DNA of 64,000 nucleotides from Bacteroidales bacterium (GCA_004557565.1 SFGS01000002.1:5796-69795); one strand, 5' to 3'. Numbered from the stretch's first letter, positions 48,763 to 59,181 are shown. The notes: generated by a model not told the origin, from the letters alone. Program-made: numbers and translations.

Positions 48763-49473
48763 ATGACAAGAGAGAATACTTTTCGCTTCAAGCAATTCAC
48801 TGTATTAAACGACAAAACCGCCATGAAAGTGGGTACCGATGGAGTTCTGCTTGGGGCGTGGTGCGATGTGTGCGAGGCGAAAAGTGTTCTTGATGTCGGC
48901 ACTGGTTGTGGGCTGATTGCTTTAATGATAGCCCAGCGAAATGCTGATTGCGATATAGATTGCATTGATATTGACGAGGGCGCTATTGAAGAAGCAAAAA
49001 TCAATGCTGATAACTCCCCGTGGAGCGATAGGATTCATCCTTTCATGTCCGATTTCAAGCAATTCATTTGCGATAAAAAATATGACTTGATTGTGTCGAA
49101 CCCACCATTTTTCAACAATGGCGTGCTTGCTCCCGATAAGAGCCGGCAAAATGCGCGTCACACGGTGGAGTTGAGTTTCGAGCAATTAATCCATAAAGTC
49201 ATTTCTTTACTTTCCGATAAAGGTAAACTATGCCTGATTTCGCCTACTGATTTAGAGGAAGAAATCACAAAATCTTGTGCCGAAGTCGGGGCGTTTGTCA
49301 ATCAAAAAGTTGTGATATACACAAACCCTGGCAAAGAACCGAAAAGGTGTTTGTGGGAAATTTCGAAGCATAATTCCGATAAGCGATGCTCTGAATTATT
49401 TGTCCAAAATAGCGATGGACAATATTCAGAGCAATATATCGGTTTGTGTAAAGATTTCTATATGAATATGTGA
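48763..49473 (+). CDS. trmN: tRNA1(Val) adenine-37 N6-methyltransferase (TrmN6/YfiC family)
   Basis: FRFKQF, AMKVGTDGVLLGAW, LDVGTGCG, IVSNPPFF and ARH. Confidence 0.9.
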   Translation: MTRENTFRFKQFTVLNDKTAMKVGTDGVLLGAWCDVCEAKSVLDVGTGCGLIALMIAQRNADCDIDCIDIDEGAIEEAKINADNSPWSDRIHPFMSDFKQFICDKKYDLIVSNPPFFNNGVLAPDKSRQNARHTVELSFEQLIHKVISLLSDKGKLCLISPTDLEEEITKSCAEVGAFVNQKVVIYTNPGKEPKRCLWEISKHNSDKRCSELFVQNSDGQYSEQYIGLCKDFYMNM

Positions 49474-49478
49474 TACCT

Positions 49479-50402
49479 TTACTTGAAGTCACTGTTCCTA
49501 AATATCAGATTTACAGCCTCGTTATATTTAGTTAAATTGTTACTTTTCTTAATCAACTTGCGAGCTTTCTTATCGCCATCGGGCAACAAATATTCCCATA
49601 AAGTTTTCATTTTTGAGAGTATTTGATGTTCGCCACCAGTAAGTTTTTCGCTATAACGTTCCAATAATAAATCATGGAAGTGCCTGATTTTCTCTGCTGA
49701 TTTCTCTGTTTCAAATAAATCGGGCGTCGCAAGCAATTTTCTGCCAATCATCACTCCCGATAAATTCGGGCATTTTTCTTTTATGGTATGAATCTGCTCA
49801 ATGGATTGAATGTCGCCATTGTAGATAAGAGGATATCGACAACTTTGTGCAAATTCCATGAATTGTTCAAAATTGATGTCACCTTTATATAATTGTTTCC
49901 CGATTCGTGGGTGAAGCACTATTTCTTTTGGATTAATGCTTTCGAATATTGGCAATATTGATTTCCATTGCTGTGCATCGTCGTAGCCCAACCGCATTTT
50001 AATGGAATATACCATATCAGGAATTTGGGCTAACGCAGAAAGCGTTTGTTTACATTCATCAGGGAAAGCAAGAATCCCTGAACCTTTTTTCTTCAGAGCA
50101 ATTGGAGGGTGAGGGCAGCCCATATTTATGTCGATGCAATGATAGTCCATCTCTTTCATCTTCGTTGCCATCATCACGGAATCTGTTGGCGCACAGGCTA
50201 TTATCTGTGGGCGAATGGTTGCGGTGTTGTTTGCTGGCAAAATATCATGAATGTCACGTTTCGGAATTTCTCCATTCACCATTCGCATAAATGGTGTGTA
50301 GTATATGTCGATGCCTCCAAACATTTCCGCATGGGTATTTCGCCAAATATAATCGGTAAACCCCTGTAACGGAGCGCAATATATTTTCAAATCTTCAAAC
50401 AT
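49479..50402 (-). CDS. tRNA-dihydrouridine synthase family protein
   Basis: APLQGFTD, YTPF, DINMGCP (catalytic Cys), SIKMRLG, LHPR, YNGDI and GVMIGR. ATG at 50402 (MFEDLK). Confidence 0.9.
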   Translation of the reverse strand: MFEDLKIYCAPLQGFTDYIWRNTHAEMFGGIDIYYTPFMRMVNGEIPKRDIHDILPANNTATIRPQIIACAPTDSVMMATKMKEMDYHCIDINMGCPHPPIALKKKGSGILAFPDECKQTLSALAQIPDMVYSIKMRLGYDDAQQWKSILPIFESINPKEIVLHPRIGKQLYKGDINFEQFMEFAQSCRYPLIYNGDIQSIEQIHTIKEKCPNLSGVMIGRKLLATPDLFETEKSAEKIRHFHDLLLERYSEKLTGGEHQILSKMKTLWEYLLPDGDKKARKLIKKSNNLTKYNEAVNLIFRNSDFK

Positions 50403-50406
50403 ATTG

Positions 50407-50498
50407 CAAAGATAATGATTTAAAGCCAACGGCCGCTTCTTTTAATGAATTTAAATGTGAACTTATCGGCTTTGTTGCATCAAAATTTTGTATCTTTG
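50407..50498. promoter_or_regulatory. Divergent -7 boxes TATCTTTG (50407-50414 minus for dus; 50491-50498 plus for ABC-F)
   Basis: Both are exact matches, lying 4 and 5 nt before the respective ATG. Confidence 0.7.
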
Positions 50499-50503
50499 CA
50501 TTT

Positions 50504-52441
50504 ATGATTTCCGTACAGAATTTAAAAGTGGAGTTTAGCAGCCAGGTGTTGTTCGACAATGTGAGTTTTGTTGTCAATAAAAAAGACAAAATTGCGTTGG
50601 TGGGCAAGAATGGCGCGGGTAAATCCACATTGCTAAAAATATTTGCAGGTATTCAAAATCCCACTTCTGGACAAGTGTCGAGGTCGTCGGATATTACGAT
50701 TGGCTATCTTCCACAAACCATGAATTTATCAGACAGCTGCACGGCTAAGGAGGAGGTGCAAAAGGCCTTCAGCCACATTGATGAACTGGATAAGCAAATT
50801 GATGAACTGAATGTTCAGTTGGCAGAGCGCACCGATTACGAGTCGGAAAGTTATCAAGATTTGATTGATACACTGACGCACAAAAACGATCTGCGTGCAA
50901 TGTATCAGAGCGAGAACTATGAAGCCGAGATAGAGAAAACCTTGATTGGCTTGGGCTTTGAGCGCACTGACTTCGACCGCCCCACCTCTGAGTTTAGCGG
51001 AGGGTGGAGAATGCGTATTGAATTGGCTAAGATTTTGCTTCAACGCCCCGATGTGCTGTTACTCGATGAGCCTACCAACCATTTGGACATTGAGTCTATT
51101 CAATGGCTTGAGAATTTTTTGAAAACTCAAGCCAATATGCTGGTGCTCGTTTCGCACGATAAGGCGTTTATTGATAATGTCACGAATCGCACCATCGAAA
51201 TTTCGTGTGGGAAAATTTATGACTACAACGTGAATTACTCTCACTTCATCGAACTGCGCAAAGAGCGAATCGAACAACAAAAGCGCGCTTACGAGAATCA
51301 ACAAAAAATGATTCACGACACGGAGGAGTTTATCGAGAAATTCAGATATAAGCCCACAAAGTCGGTGCAAGTGCAGAGCCGAATCAAGCAACTTGAGAAA
51401 ATTGAGCGTATCGAGATTGACGAAGTTGACAATTCGCATTTGCGATTAAAATTTCCACCAGCGCCACGTTCGGGCGACTATCCGGTTATTGCCAATGATT
51501 TGTCGAAATCGTATGGCGACCACAATGTGTTTCACGATTGCACTTTCACCATTAAGCGTGGTGAGAAGGTGGCATTCGTGGGTAAAAACGGTGCCGGTAA
51601 ATCTACGCTCGTGAAGTGTATTATGCATGAAATCCCATTCGATGGCGAACTCAAAATCGGCCATAATGTGGAAATCGGATATTTTGCGCAAAATCAGGCG
51701 ATGTTGCTTGATGAGAATTTAACGGTGCACGACACGATTGATTATGCCGCCACAGGCGAGATTCGCACCCGAATCAACGACATACTTGGCGCTTTTATGT
51801 TTGGCGGTGCCGCCAGTGAGAAAAAAGTTAAAGTGCTTTCAGGTGGCGAAAGAAGCCGCTTGGCTATGATTCAATTGCTGTTGCAACCTGTGAACCTCCT
51901 GATTCTCGACGAACCTACCAACCATTTGGATATCCGCACCAAAGATATTCTTAAGGAAGCGATTAAAGAGTTTGACGGAACTGTGATTGTGGTATCGCAC
52001 GACCGTGACTTCCTCGATGGGCTTGTGGATAAGGTGTATGAGTTTGGCAACGGCTTGGTGAAAGAACACCTGTGTGGCATTTACGAATTTCTTGAATACA
52101 AGAAACTGAGTTCGCTGCAAGAACTTGAAAAAAACGACGCTCCACAAAAAGATTCTCCTGCAAAAACTGAAGAAGTGAGCCAATCCAAACTCTCATACCT
52201 TGAGCAAAAGGAGGCGCAAAAGCGAATCCGACATGCTGAAAAGCGCATCAAGGAGTTGGAAACGAAAATCAACACTTATGAATCAGAAATAAAAGAGATA
52301 GAAAACCTGTTGTCGTCGGGCACCAATACTGACCAAAGTATTTACACCAAACATCAAGAACTTAACGAGGCTCTTGAAAATGCGATGATGGAATGGGAGA
52401 CGGCAAATGAAGAGTTTGAAACATTACAAAACAACGATTAA
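50504..52441 (+). CDS. ABC-F family ribosome-associated ATPase (YheS/YdiF-like)
   Basis: Two ABC domains (GKNGAGKST twice; FSGGWRMR / LSGGERSR; LDEPTNHLD twice), no TM segments, C-terminal coiled coil. Confidence 0.93.
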   Translation: MISVQNLKVEFSSQVLFDNVSFVVNKKDKIALVGKNGAGKSTLLKIFAGIQNPTSGQVSRSSDITIGYLPQTMNLSDSCTAKEEVQKAFSHIDELDKQIDELNVQLAERTDYESESYQDLIDTLTHKNDLRAMYQSENYEAEIEKTLIGLGFERTDFDRPTSEFSGGWRMRIELAKILLQRPDVLLLDEPTNHLDIESIQWLENFLKTQANMLVLVSHDKAFIDNVTNRTIEISCGKIYDYNVNYSHFIELRKERIEQQKRAYENQQKMIHDTEEFIEKFRYKPTKSVQVQSRIKQLEKIERIEIDEVDNSHLRLKFPPAPRSGDYPVIANDLSKSYGDHNVFHDCTFTIKRGEKVAFVGKNGAGKSTLVKCIMHEIPFDGELKIGHNVEIGYFAQNQAMLLDENLTVHDTIDYAATGEIRTRINDILGAFMFGGAASEKKVKVLSGGERSRLAMIQLLLQPVNLLILDEPTNHLDIRTKDILKEAIKEFDGTVIVVSHDRDFLDGLVDKVYEFGNGLVKEHLCGIYEFLEYKKLSSLQELEKNDAPQKDSPAKTEEVSQSKLSYLEQKEAQKRIRHAEKRIKELETKINTYESEIKEIENLLSSGTNTDQSIYTKHQELNEALENAMMEWETANEEFETLQNND

Positions 52442-52453
52442 TAACATATTATT

Positions 52454-54472
52454 ATGAAAAAATCAATCATCTTATCAATGGCGTTAATGTCGGCATTAAT
52501 GGTTAGTGCCGGTAGTTTAGACAAAGGTGTGGATCGCAACAATCTGGATTTGACCACTGCTCCTGGTACTGATTTTTACCAATACGCATGTGGCGGCTGG
52601 ATGAAATCACACCCACTCGACCCACAGTATGCTCGCTTCGGCACATTCGACCAAATGGCAGAAAGTAGCCGTGAGCAACTGAAAGAACTCGTTCTTAATC
52701 TTAGTAAGCAGCAAAATGCTAAAGGAACGATGGCTCAAAAGGTGGGCGACATTTTCAATATGGGTATGGATAGCACCCGATTGAACAGTGAAGGCGCAAA
52801 ACCACTTATGAAAGATATTGATTTTGTGAAAGGTGTGAAGAAAGCAACATTGCCTGAAATGGTGGCATTCATGCACATGGGTATTGCTTCGCCATTTTTT
52901 GACTCAGGCGTGATGGCTGACTTGAAAAACTCAGATGTCAATCTCATGTATATTCAGCAATCAGGCATGGGCTTGGGCGACAGAGATTATTATCTCGACG
53001 AAGATGCCAACACAAAGAAGGTGCGTGAGGCATACTTGACCTATGCCAACAAACTTTTCACTTTCATCGGTTACAAGAAAAGCGATGCAAAGAAAGCGGC
53101 CGAAACTGTTCTTAAAATTGAAAAAGAATTGGCAAAAGCCGCTATGACTCGTGAAGAGCAACGCGACTATAGCAAGCAATACAATATTTTCACACTTGAA
53201 GAACTTCAAGCCAAATATCCAAACTTCAACTGGAAATCATATTTCTCTGGCCTTGGATTGGATAATGTGAATCGTGTATGTGTCAGTCAACTTGATTTCA
53301 TGAAGAAAGTTGATGAATTGATTTCCACACTCAAAGAAAAGGAAATTAAGGAATACTTGATATTTAAGTATATCGATGCTGCTGCTCCATATTTGAGCGA
53401 TGCTTTCAACGAAGCAAATTTCGATGTTTATTCAAGAGCTTTGTCGGGCAAGCAAGTGATGCAACCACGATGGAAAAGATCACTCAATGTGCCTAACACC
53501 CTCCTCGGCGAAGGCGTGGGACAATTATATGTGGAAAAATATTTCCCTGCAGAGTCGAAGAAGAAAATGAAACAGCTCGTTGATAATTTGCGCATTGCAC
53601 TTGGCGAGCGTATTGCCTCACTCACATGGATGAGTCCTAAGACCAAGGTGAATGCTCTTGTGAAATTGAACAGCTTCACTGTGAAGATTGGTTATCCCGA
53701 CAAATGGCGCGATTATAGTGCAGTATCTGTAAACCCAGAATTAAGCTATTGGGAAAATGTGTTGGCATTGAAGAAGTTTGACGCTCAATTTAGCTATTCT
53801 CAATTAGGTCAGCCTGTGGATAAGGATAGATGGCAAATGACTCCACAAACAGTGAATGCTTACTACGACCCATCTACCAACGAGATTTGCTTCCCTGCAG
53901 GTATTCTCCAACGCCCATATTTTGATCCTGATGCCGACGATGCTTGCAACTATGGTGCAATCGGTGTGGTAATTGGTCACGAAATGACTCACGGATTTGA
54001 CGACCAAGGCAGAAACTTTGACCAAAATGGTAATATGGTTGACTGGTGGACTGAAGAAGATGCAAAAGAGTTCCAAAAGTTGGCTGACAAACTTGGCGCA
54101 CAATATAGCGCAGAAATCGTTGCCGATGATGTTCACGCTAATGGCACATTCACCATGGGTGAAAATATTGCTGACCACGGAGGATTGCGTGTGGCTTACG
54201 CTGCATTCAAGAAAACCGAGCAGGGTAAGGGCAACACTCTTATCGATGGTTTCACTCCTGACCAACGCTTCTACTTGAGTTATGCCAATGTTTGGGCTGC
54301 AAATATCACTAAGGAAGAAATTTTGCGTCGCACAAAGGTTGACCCACACTCACTTGGCAAAAACCGTGTGAATGTAGCACTTCGCAACTTGGAAACATTC
54401 TTCAACGCATTTGGCATCAAGGCTGGCGATGCAATGTTCAGAGCAGAAGAAGACCGAGTTTCTATTTGGTAA
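52454..54472 (+). CDS. pepO: M13 family metallo-endopeptidase (PepO/neprilysin-like), exported
   Basis: Signal peptide, DFYQYACGGW, KIGYPD, VNAYY, GHEMTHGFD, GENIAD and DPHS. Confidence 0.93.
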   Translation: MKKSIILSMALMSALMVSAGSLDKGVDRNNLDLTTAPGTDFYQYACGGWMKSHPLDPQYARFGTFDQMAESSREQLKELVLNLSKQQNAKGTMAQKVGDIFNMGMDSTRLNSEGAKPLMKDIDFVKGVKKATLPEMVAFMHMGIASPFFDSGVMADLKNSDVNLMYIQQSGMGLGDRDYYLDEDANTKKVREAYLTYANKLFTFIGYKKSDAKKAAETVLKIEKELAKAAMTREEQRDYSKQYNIFTLEELQAKYPNFNWKSYFSGLGLDNVNRVCVSQLDFMKKVDELISTLKEKEIKEYLIFKYIDAAAPYLSDAFNEANFDVYSRALSGKQVMQPRWKRSLNVPNTLLGEGVGQLYVEKYFPAESKKKMKQLVDNLRIALGERIASLTWMSPKTKVNALVKLNSFTVKIGYPDKWRDYSAVSVNPELSYWENVLALKKFDAQFSYSQLGQPVDKDRWQMTPQTVNAYYDPSTNEICFPAGILQRPYFDPDADDACNYGAIGVVIGHEMTHGFDDQGRNFDQNGNMVDWWTEEDAKEFQKLADKLGAQYSAEIVADDVHANGTFTMGENIADHGGLRVAYAAFKKTEQGKGNTLIDGFTPDQRFYLSYANVWAANITKEEILRRTKVDPHSLGKNRVNVALRNLETFFNAFGIKAGDAMFRAEEDRVSIW

Positions 54473-54496
54473 TAAATTATTATTTAATCTAAAATT

Positions 54497-57043
54497 ATGA
54501 CATACACTTATAATGAGGCTTTCGAGGCTTCGAAAAAATATTTTGAGGGCGATGAACTCGCTGCGAGAGTATGGGCAACTAAGTATGCTCTGAAAGATTC
54601 TCAAGGCAACTATTTTGAGCTTACTCCCGACGATATGCACCGCAGAATTGCTCGTGAGATTGCTCGTATTGAGAGAAAATATAAAAACCCAATGGATGAG
54701 CAACTGCTGTTCGACTTGATGAACCATTTCCGCTATTTGGTTCCTCAAGGCAGCCCAATGGCAGGTATTGGCAATAATCTGCAAGTGGGTTCGCTGTCAA
54801 ACTGCTTTGTGATTGGTTTGAAGGGTGAGCCCGACAGTTATGGCGGCATCATCAAGATTGACGAAGAGCAAGTGCAACTGATGAAGCGCCGTGGCGGAGT
54901 GGGGCACGACTTGTCGCATCTTCGTCCAAAGGGTGCTGAGGTGAAAAATTCAGCACTCACTTCCACTGGTTTGGTACCATTTATGGAGCGTTATTCCAAT
55001 TCCACTCGTGAAGTGGCGCAAGATGGCCGCCGTGGCGCATTGATGCTTACTGTGAGCGTGAAGCACCCTGACTCTGAAGCATTCGTTGATGCAAAAATGA
55101 CAGAAGGTAAAATCACTGGTGCAAATGTGTCGCTGAAAATTGATGATGCATTCATGCAGGCAGCTATCGAGGGAAAGGAATACACCCAACAATATCCTAT
55201 CCACGCAGAGAAGCCGAAATATACTCAAAAGATCGACGCCACCACATTCTGGAACAAAATCATTCACAATGCTTGGCAGAGCGCAGAGCCTGGCGTGCTT
55301 TTCTGGGATACGATTATTCGTGAATCATTGCCCGACTGCTATGCCGACCTTGGCTTCAAGACGGTTTCAACCAATCCTTGTGGCGAAATCCCATTGTGTC
55401 CTTACGACAGTTGCCGACTGTTGGCAATCAACCTCTATTCCTACGTTGAAAATCCTTTCACTCCCAATGCTAAATTCAATTTCAGCAAGTTTAAGGAGCA
55501 TGTGATGTATGCCCAACGAATGATGGACGACATCATCGACCTCGAGATGGAGAAAATTGAAACCATCATCGCTAAAATTGAGGCAGATCCTGAAACAGAC
55601 GAAGTGAAGGCAACCGAACTTAATCTTTGGAAGAAAATCAAGGATAAAACTTCGCAGGGTCGTAGAACTGGTGTGGGCACCACTGCTGAGGGCGATATGA
55701 TTGCCGCAATGGGGCTTACCTATGGCACAGAGGAAGCTACTAAATTCTCTGTTGAAGTGCATAAGACATTGGCACTTGCTGCTTATAGAAGTTCGGTGAT
55801 GTTGGCAAGTGAACGAGGTGCATTCCCGGTATTTGACTACAAGCGTGAAGTCAACAATCCTTTCATGAATCGCTTGAAAGATGCTGATTCTGAACTTTAT
55901 GACTTGATGGTGAAATACGGTCGTCGCAATATTGCTTGCTTGACCATTGCACCAACAGGCACAACAAGTATTCTCACCCAAACCACTTCTGGCATTGAAC
56001 CGGTATTCTTGCCAGTTTATAAGCGCCGCCGCAAGGTGAATGCCAACGATAAGGAGGTGCGCGTAGATTTCGTGGATGAGTCGGGCGATGCATTTGAAGA
56101 ATATGTGGTTTATCACCCTAAATTCATCACATGGATGAATATCAACGGTATTGAGGTGAAAAACAATTACACCCAAGAGCAGATTGATGAGATTGTGGCA
56201 AAATCACCTTATTATAAAGCCACTTCTAACGATGTGGACTGGCTCAATAAAGTGAAAATGCAAGGTGCTGTTCAGAAGTGGGTTGACCACTCTATCAGCG
56301 TCACCATTAATTTGCCTAACGACGTGTCGGAAGAGATGGTAAACAAACTTTATGTGGAAGCATGGAAATCAGGCTGCAAGGGCTGCACTGTGTATCGCGA
56401 TGGCTCTCGTTCCGGTGTACTCATTTCTCTTAAAAATGAGAAAAAGAAAACTGCCGAAAATGCAGTTCCAAGTCCAGCAGATGAAAACGGCTTCGTTACA
56501 CATAAGCGCCCAATCGAACTTGATGCTGATGTGGTGCGATTCCAAAACAATAAGGAGAAATGGATTGCATTCATTGGTTTGATTGATGGCAAGCCTTATG
56601 AAATCTTTACTGGTATTGCTGATGATGACGAAGGTATTTTCTGTCCAAAATCAGTGAGCAAGGGTAAGATTATTAAGGTGATTGACGAAAACGGTCAGAA
56701 ACGCTACGACTTCCAGTTCGTGAATAAGCGTGGCTTCAAAACCACCATTGAAGGACTTTCTGAAAAGTTCAACCCTGAATTCTGGAACTATGCGAAGTTG
56801 ATTTCGGGCGTGTTGAGATACCGTATGCCTATCGCACAGGTGCTCAAACTTGTAGGTAGTTTGGAACTTGACAATCAATCCATCAACACTTGGAAAGTGG
56901 GTGTGGAAAGAGCACTCAAAAAATATCTGCCAAATGGTGAGAAAGCAAGCGGTCAAACCTGCCCAAATTGCGGTCAGGAATCGCTCGTATATCAGGAAGG
57001 CTGCTTGATTTGCACTAATTGCGGAACATCAAGATGCGGCTAA
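54497..57043 (+). CDS. nrdJ: Adenosylcobalamin-dependent (class II) ribonucleoside-diphosphate reductase
   Basis: LSNCF, QDGRRGA, TNPCGEIPL, IAPTGT, KGCTVYRDGSR, a TSCPD-like domain (KPYEIF) and a terminal Cys ribbon. There is no ATP cone and no adjacent beta-subunit gene. Confidence 0.88.
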   Translation: MTYTYNEAFEASKKYFEGDELAARVWATKYALKDSQGNYFELTPDDMHRRIAREIARIERKYKNPMDEQLLFDLMNHFRYLVPQGSPMAGIGNNLQVGSLSNCFVIGLKGEPDSYGGIIKIDEEQVQLMKRRGGVGHDLSHLRPKGAEVKNSALTSTGLVPFMERYSNSTREVAQDGRRGALMLTVSVKHPDSEAFVDAKMTEGKITGANVSLKIDDAFMQAAIEGKEYTQQYPIHAEKPKYTQKIDATTFWNKIIHNAWQSAEPGVLFWDTIIRESLPDCYADLGFKTVSTNPCGEIPLCPYDSCRLLAINLYSYVENPFTPNAKFNFSKFKEHVMYAQRMMDDIIDLEMEKIETIIAKIEADPETDEVKATELNLWKKIKDKTSQGRRTGVGTTAEGDMIAAMGLTYGTEEATKFSVEVHKTLALAAYRSSVMLASERGAFPVFDYKREVNNPFMNRLKDADSELYDLMVKYGRRNIACLTIAPTGTTSILTQTTSGIEPVFLPVYKRRRKVNANDKEVRVDFVDESGDAFEEYVVYHPKFITWMNINGIEVKNNYTQEQIDEIVAKSPYYKATSNDVDWLNKVKMQGAVQKWVDHSISVTINLPNDVSEEMVNKLYVEAWKSGCKGCTVYRDGSRSGVLISLKNEKKKTAENAVPSPADENGFVTHKRPIELDADVVRFQNNKEKWIAFIGLIDGKPYEIFTGIADDDEGIFCPKSVSKGKIIKVIDENGQKRYDFQFVNKRGFKTTIEGLSEKFNPEFWNYAKLISGVLRYRMPIAQVLKLVGSLELDNQSINTWKVGVERALKKYLPNGEKASGQTCPNCGQESLVYQEGCLICTNCGTSRCG

Positions 57044-57067
57044 TCACCGTAAAATATACTGAAAATT

Positions 57068-57102
57068 AAAAACTGGGGTTTTTACAAGCCCCAGTTTTTT
57101 TT
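57068..57102. terminator. Bidirectional terminator between nrdJ and the Uup-like gene
   Basis: aaaaactggggtt-ttta-caagccccagtttttttt, a GC-rich stem with A and T tails. Confidence 0.85.
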
Positions 57103-57116
57103 ACCAGAATCGGTCA

Positions 57117-58991
57117 TTAGGAATTCTTTTCGCTAAGTTCGAGCCATCGAAGTTCCATCTCATCGAGGAGGTCTTTCACTTCCTCAAATCTGCTGGCTTT
57201 CGTTGCCACATCATCGATTTGCTCACCGCTGTTAAAGAGGTTGAAAAGCTCTTCTTTCTCTTTTGTGAGCCGTTCGATGGATTCTGTGAGTTCTTCAAAT
57301 TCTCTTTTCTCCTTAAAGGTGAGTTTTTGTGAATTGTCTCTATTGTTGTTTCGTGGCTTCGCTGGCTTTGACTCTGCTTTCTGTTTTTGCACTGTGGCTT
57401 CTTCTTTTTCGTGGGCCTCTTTCCACGCGCGATACTCGCTATAATTTCCCGGGAAATCCTTAATCACACCATCGCCCATAAACACGAATGTGTGGTCCAC
57501 GCATCTATCCATGAAAAAGCGGTCGTGGCTAATCACAATCAAGCAGCCACTAAATTTGCTCAAATAGTCTTCAAGAATTTCCAGCGTTTGGATATCTAAA
57601 TCGTTGGTAGGCTCATCGAGAATCAGGAAATTTGGTTTGCTCATGAGCACCATTGCCAAATAGAGCCTTCTTTTTTCACCTCCGCTGAGTTTTTCTATCA
57701 ATTTTTGCTGGTCGGTAGGGGAGAACAAGAAAAGTTGAAGAAATTGCGATGCTGAATAATGGTGCTTTTCATCAAAGTAGATGTGTTCAGCCACATCGCG
57801 AATGGCATCAATCACTTTTTTGCCCTCATCGAAATGAATGCCCTCTTGGCAGTAATAACCAAATTTCACCGTTTCGCCAATCTCAAAGTAGCCCGAATCG
57901 GGTTGTATTCTATCGAGCAGCAATTTGATAAAAGTGGATTTACCTACTCCATTATCACCCACGATGCCCAATTTCTCATATCTTGAAAATATGTAGTTGA
58001 AATCGTTAAGTATCACCTTGCCATCGAAAGACTTTGACACATGGCGTGCAACGAATATTTTCTTTCCGATATATCCTGCTTTCACGTTGAGTTCCACGTC
58101 GCCTTTGTCGTTGCGGCTTTGTGCGCGCTCTTTCAAGTCATAGAATGCGTCAATGCGATATTGCGCCTTATGGGCACGAGCCTGTGGCTGGCGGCGCATC
58201 CATTCAATTTCGGTGCGAAGTAAATTGCGTGCTTTCTCTACGGCCGCATTCTGTGCGTCGATTCGTTCTGCACGTTTTTCCAAATAATAATTGTAGTTAC
58301 CATTGTAACCGAAAATGCTCTTTTGGTCAAGTTCAAGTATCTTTGAGCAGATTTTGTCGAGGAAATAGCGGTCATGTGTCACCATCAGAATGGTCATTCT
58401 GCTCCTTGTTAAATACGCTTCAAGCCACTCAATCATATCTATGTCGAGGTGGTTGGTGGGCTCATCGAGTATCAAAAATTGTGGATTGCTGATAAGAATC
58501 TTCGCCAGTGCCACTCGTTTGATTTGACCACCCGACAACTCTGATATGCGCTGTTTAAAGTCGTCTATCTTCAGTTGCGACAAAATCTGCTTGAATCGTT
58601 CTTCATAATCCCAAGCCGATGCCAAATCCATCGCCTGAATGGCTTTGGTCATTTCCTCGTTGTTGCCCTGGATTAAGGCATTCTCGTATTGGCGAATGGC
58701 TTTTGATTGGTCGTCGTCGCCAATGAGACAGGTGTCCATCACCGACAAGTGTGGTTCAAATTGAGGTAACTGTTTCAGATATCCAATGGTTACATCATTC
58801 TTGAAAATCAATTTGCCGTCGTCAGGTGTGTCGTCGCCAGCAATAATGGAAAGGAGTGTGGATTTACCTGTGCCATTTTTCGCAATCAAACCCACCTTGT
58901 CGCCTTCGTTGATGGTGAAATTTATATCATCGAATAGGGAGTTTACGCCAAATGATTTTGTGAGATTTTCAACTTGAAGAAGATTTGCCAT
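57117..58991 (-). CDS. ABC-F family ATPase, Uup/YfmR-like
   Basis: Two ABC domains, WMRRQPQARAHK linker, LDEPTNDLD and C-terminal KLTFKEKREFE...RWLEL coiled-coil domain. Confidence 0.9.
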   Translation of the reverse strand: MANLLQVENLTKSFGVNSLFDDINFTINEGDKVGLIAKNGTGKSTLLSIIAGDDTPDDGKLIFKNDVTIGYLKQLPQFEPHLSVMDTCLIGDDDQSKAIRQYENALIQGNNEEMTKAIQAMDLASAWDYEERFKQILSQLKIDDFKQRISELSGGQIKRVALAKILISNPQFLILDEPTNHLDIDMIEWLEAYLTRSRMTILMVTHDRYFLDKICSKILELDQKSIFGYNGNYNYYLEKRAERIDAQNAAVEKARNLLRTEIEWMRRQPQARAHKAQYRIDAFYDLKERAQSRNDKGDVELNVKAGYIGKKIFVARHVSKSFDGKVILNDFNYIFSRYEKLGIVGDNGVGKSTFIKLLLDRIQPDSGYFEIGETVKFGYYCQEGIHFDEGKKVIDAIRDVAEHIYFDEKHHYSASQFLQLFLFSPTDQQKLIEKLSGGEKRRLYLAMVLMSKPNFLILDEPTNDLDIQTLEILEDYLSKFSGCLIVISHDRFFMDRCVDHTFVFMGDGVIKDFPGNYSEYRAWKEAHEKEEATVQKQKAESKPAKPRNNNRDNSQKLTFKEKREFEELTESIERLTKEKEELFNLFNSGEQIDDVATKASRFEEVKDLLDEMELRWLELSEKNS

Positions 58992-59013
58992 ATAATGAAT
59001 CTGAAATTTTATG

Positions 59014-59021
59014 CAAAATTA
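59014..59021 (-). promoter_or_regulatory. -7 box (TAATTTTG) for the Uup-like gene
   Basis: Plus-strand CAAAATTA, 22 nt upstream of the start. Confidence 0.65.
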
Positions 59022-59048
59022 CGAAAAAGCAATAATTTTCGCAAAAAT

Positions 59049-59079
59049 TTTGCAGTTTTGAGAATTTATACTAACTTTG
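59049..59079 (+). promoter_or_regulatory. Sigma-A promoter of the tRNA (-33 TTTG, 19-nt spacer, -7 TAACTTTG)
   Basis: TTTG at 59049-59052 and TAACTTTG at 59072-59079. Confidence 0.8.
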
Positions 59080-59095
59080 CAAAGCAAAACAAAAT

Positions 59096-59170
59096 GGTGG
59101 TATCGTCTAACGGTTAGGACGCAAGATTCTCAATCTTGTAATCTGGGTTCGATTCCCAGTATCACTACCA
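59096..59170 (+). tRNA. tRNA-Glu (anticodon CTC), CCA encoded
   Basis: Hand-folded cloverleaf: acceptor GGTGGTA/TATCACT, D-arm GTCT..AACGGTT..GGAC, anticodon arm CAAGA-TTCTCAA-TCTTG, T-arm CTGGG-TTCGATT-CCCAG, then ACCA. Confidence 0.93.
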
Positions 59171-59181
59171 TTTCTAAAACG

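Noticed and set aside
55367..56176. 269-aa antisense ORF inside nrdJ
   Set aside because: Fully shadows a conserved gene and has no motifs, promoter or terminator. Expected from codon bias on the coding strand.
50504..58991. ABC-F genes as antibiotic-resistance determinants
   Set aside because: The features fit housekeeping YheS/YdiF-like and Uup-like subfamilies, with no leader peptide or mobile context. A subfamily HMM search would be needed to change this.
59096..59170. tRNA as an integration site for an island
   Set aside because: I saw no integrase and no duplicated tRNA 3' end in the window, and the flanks are core genes.
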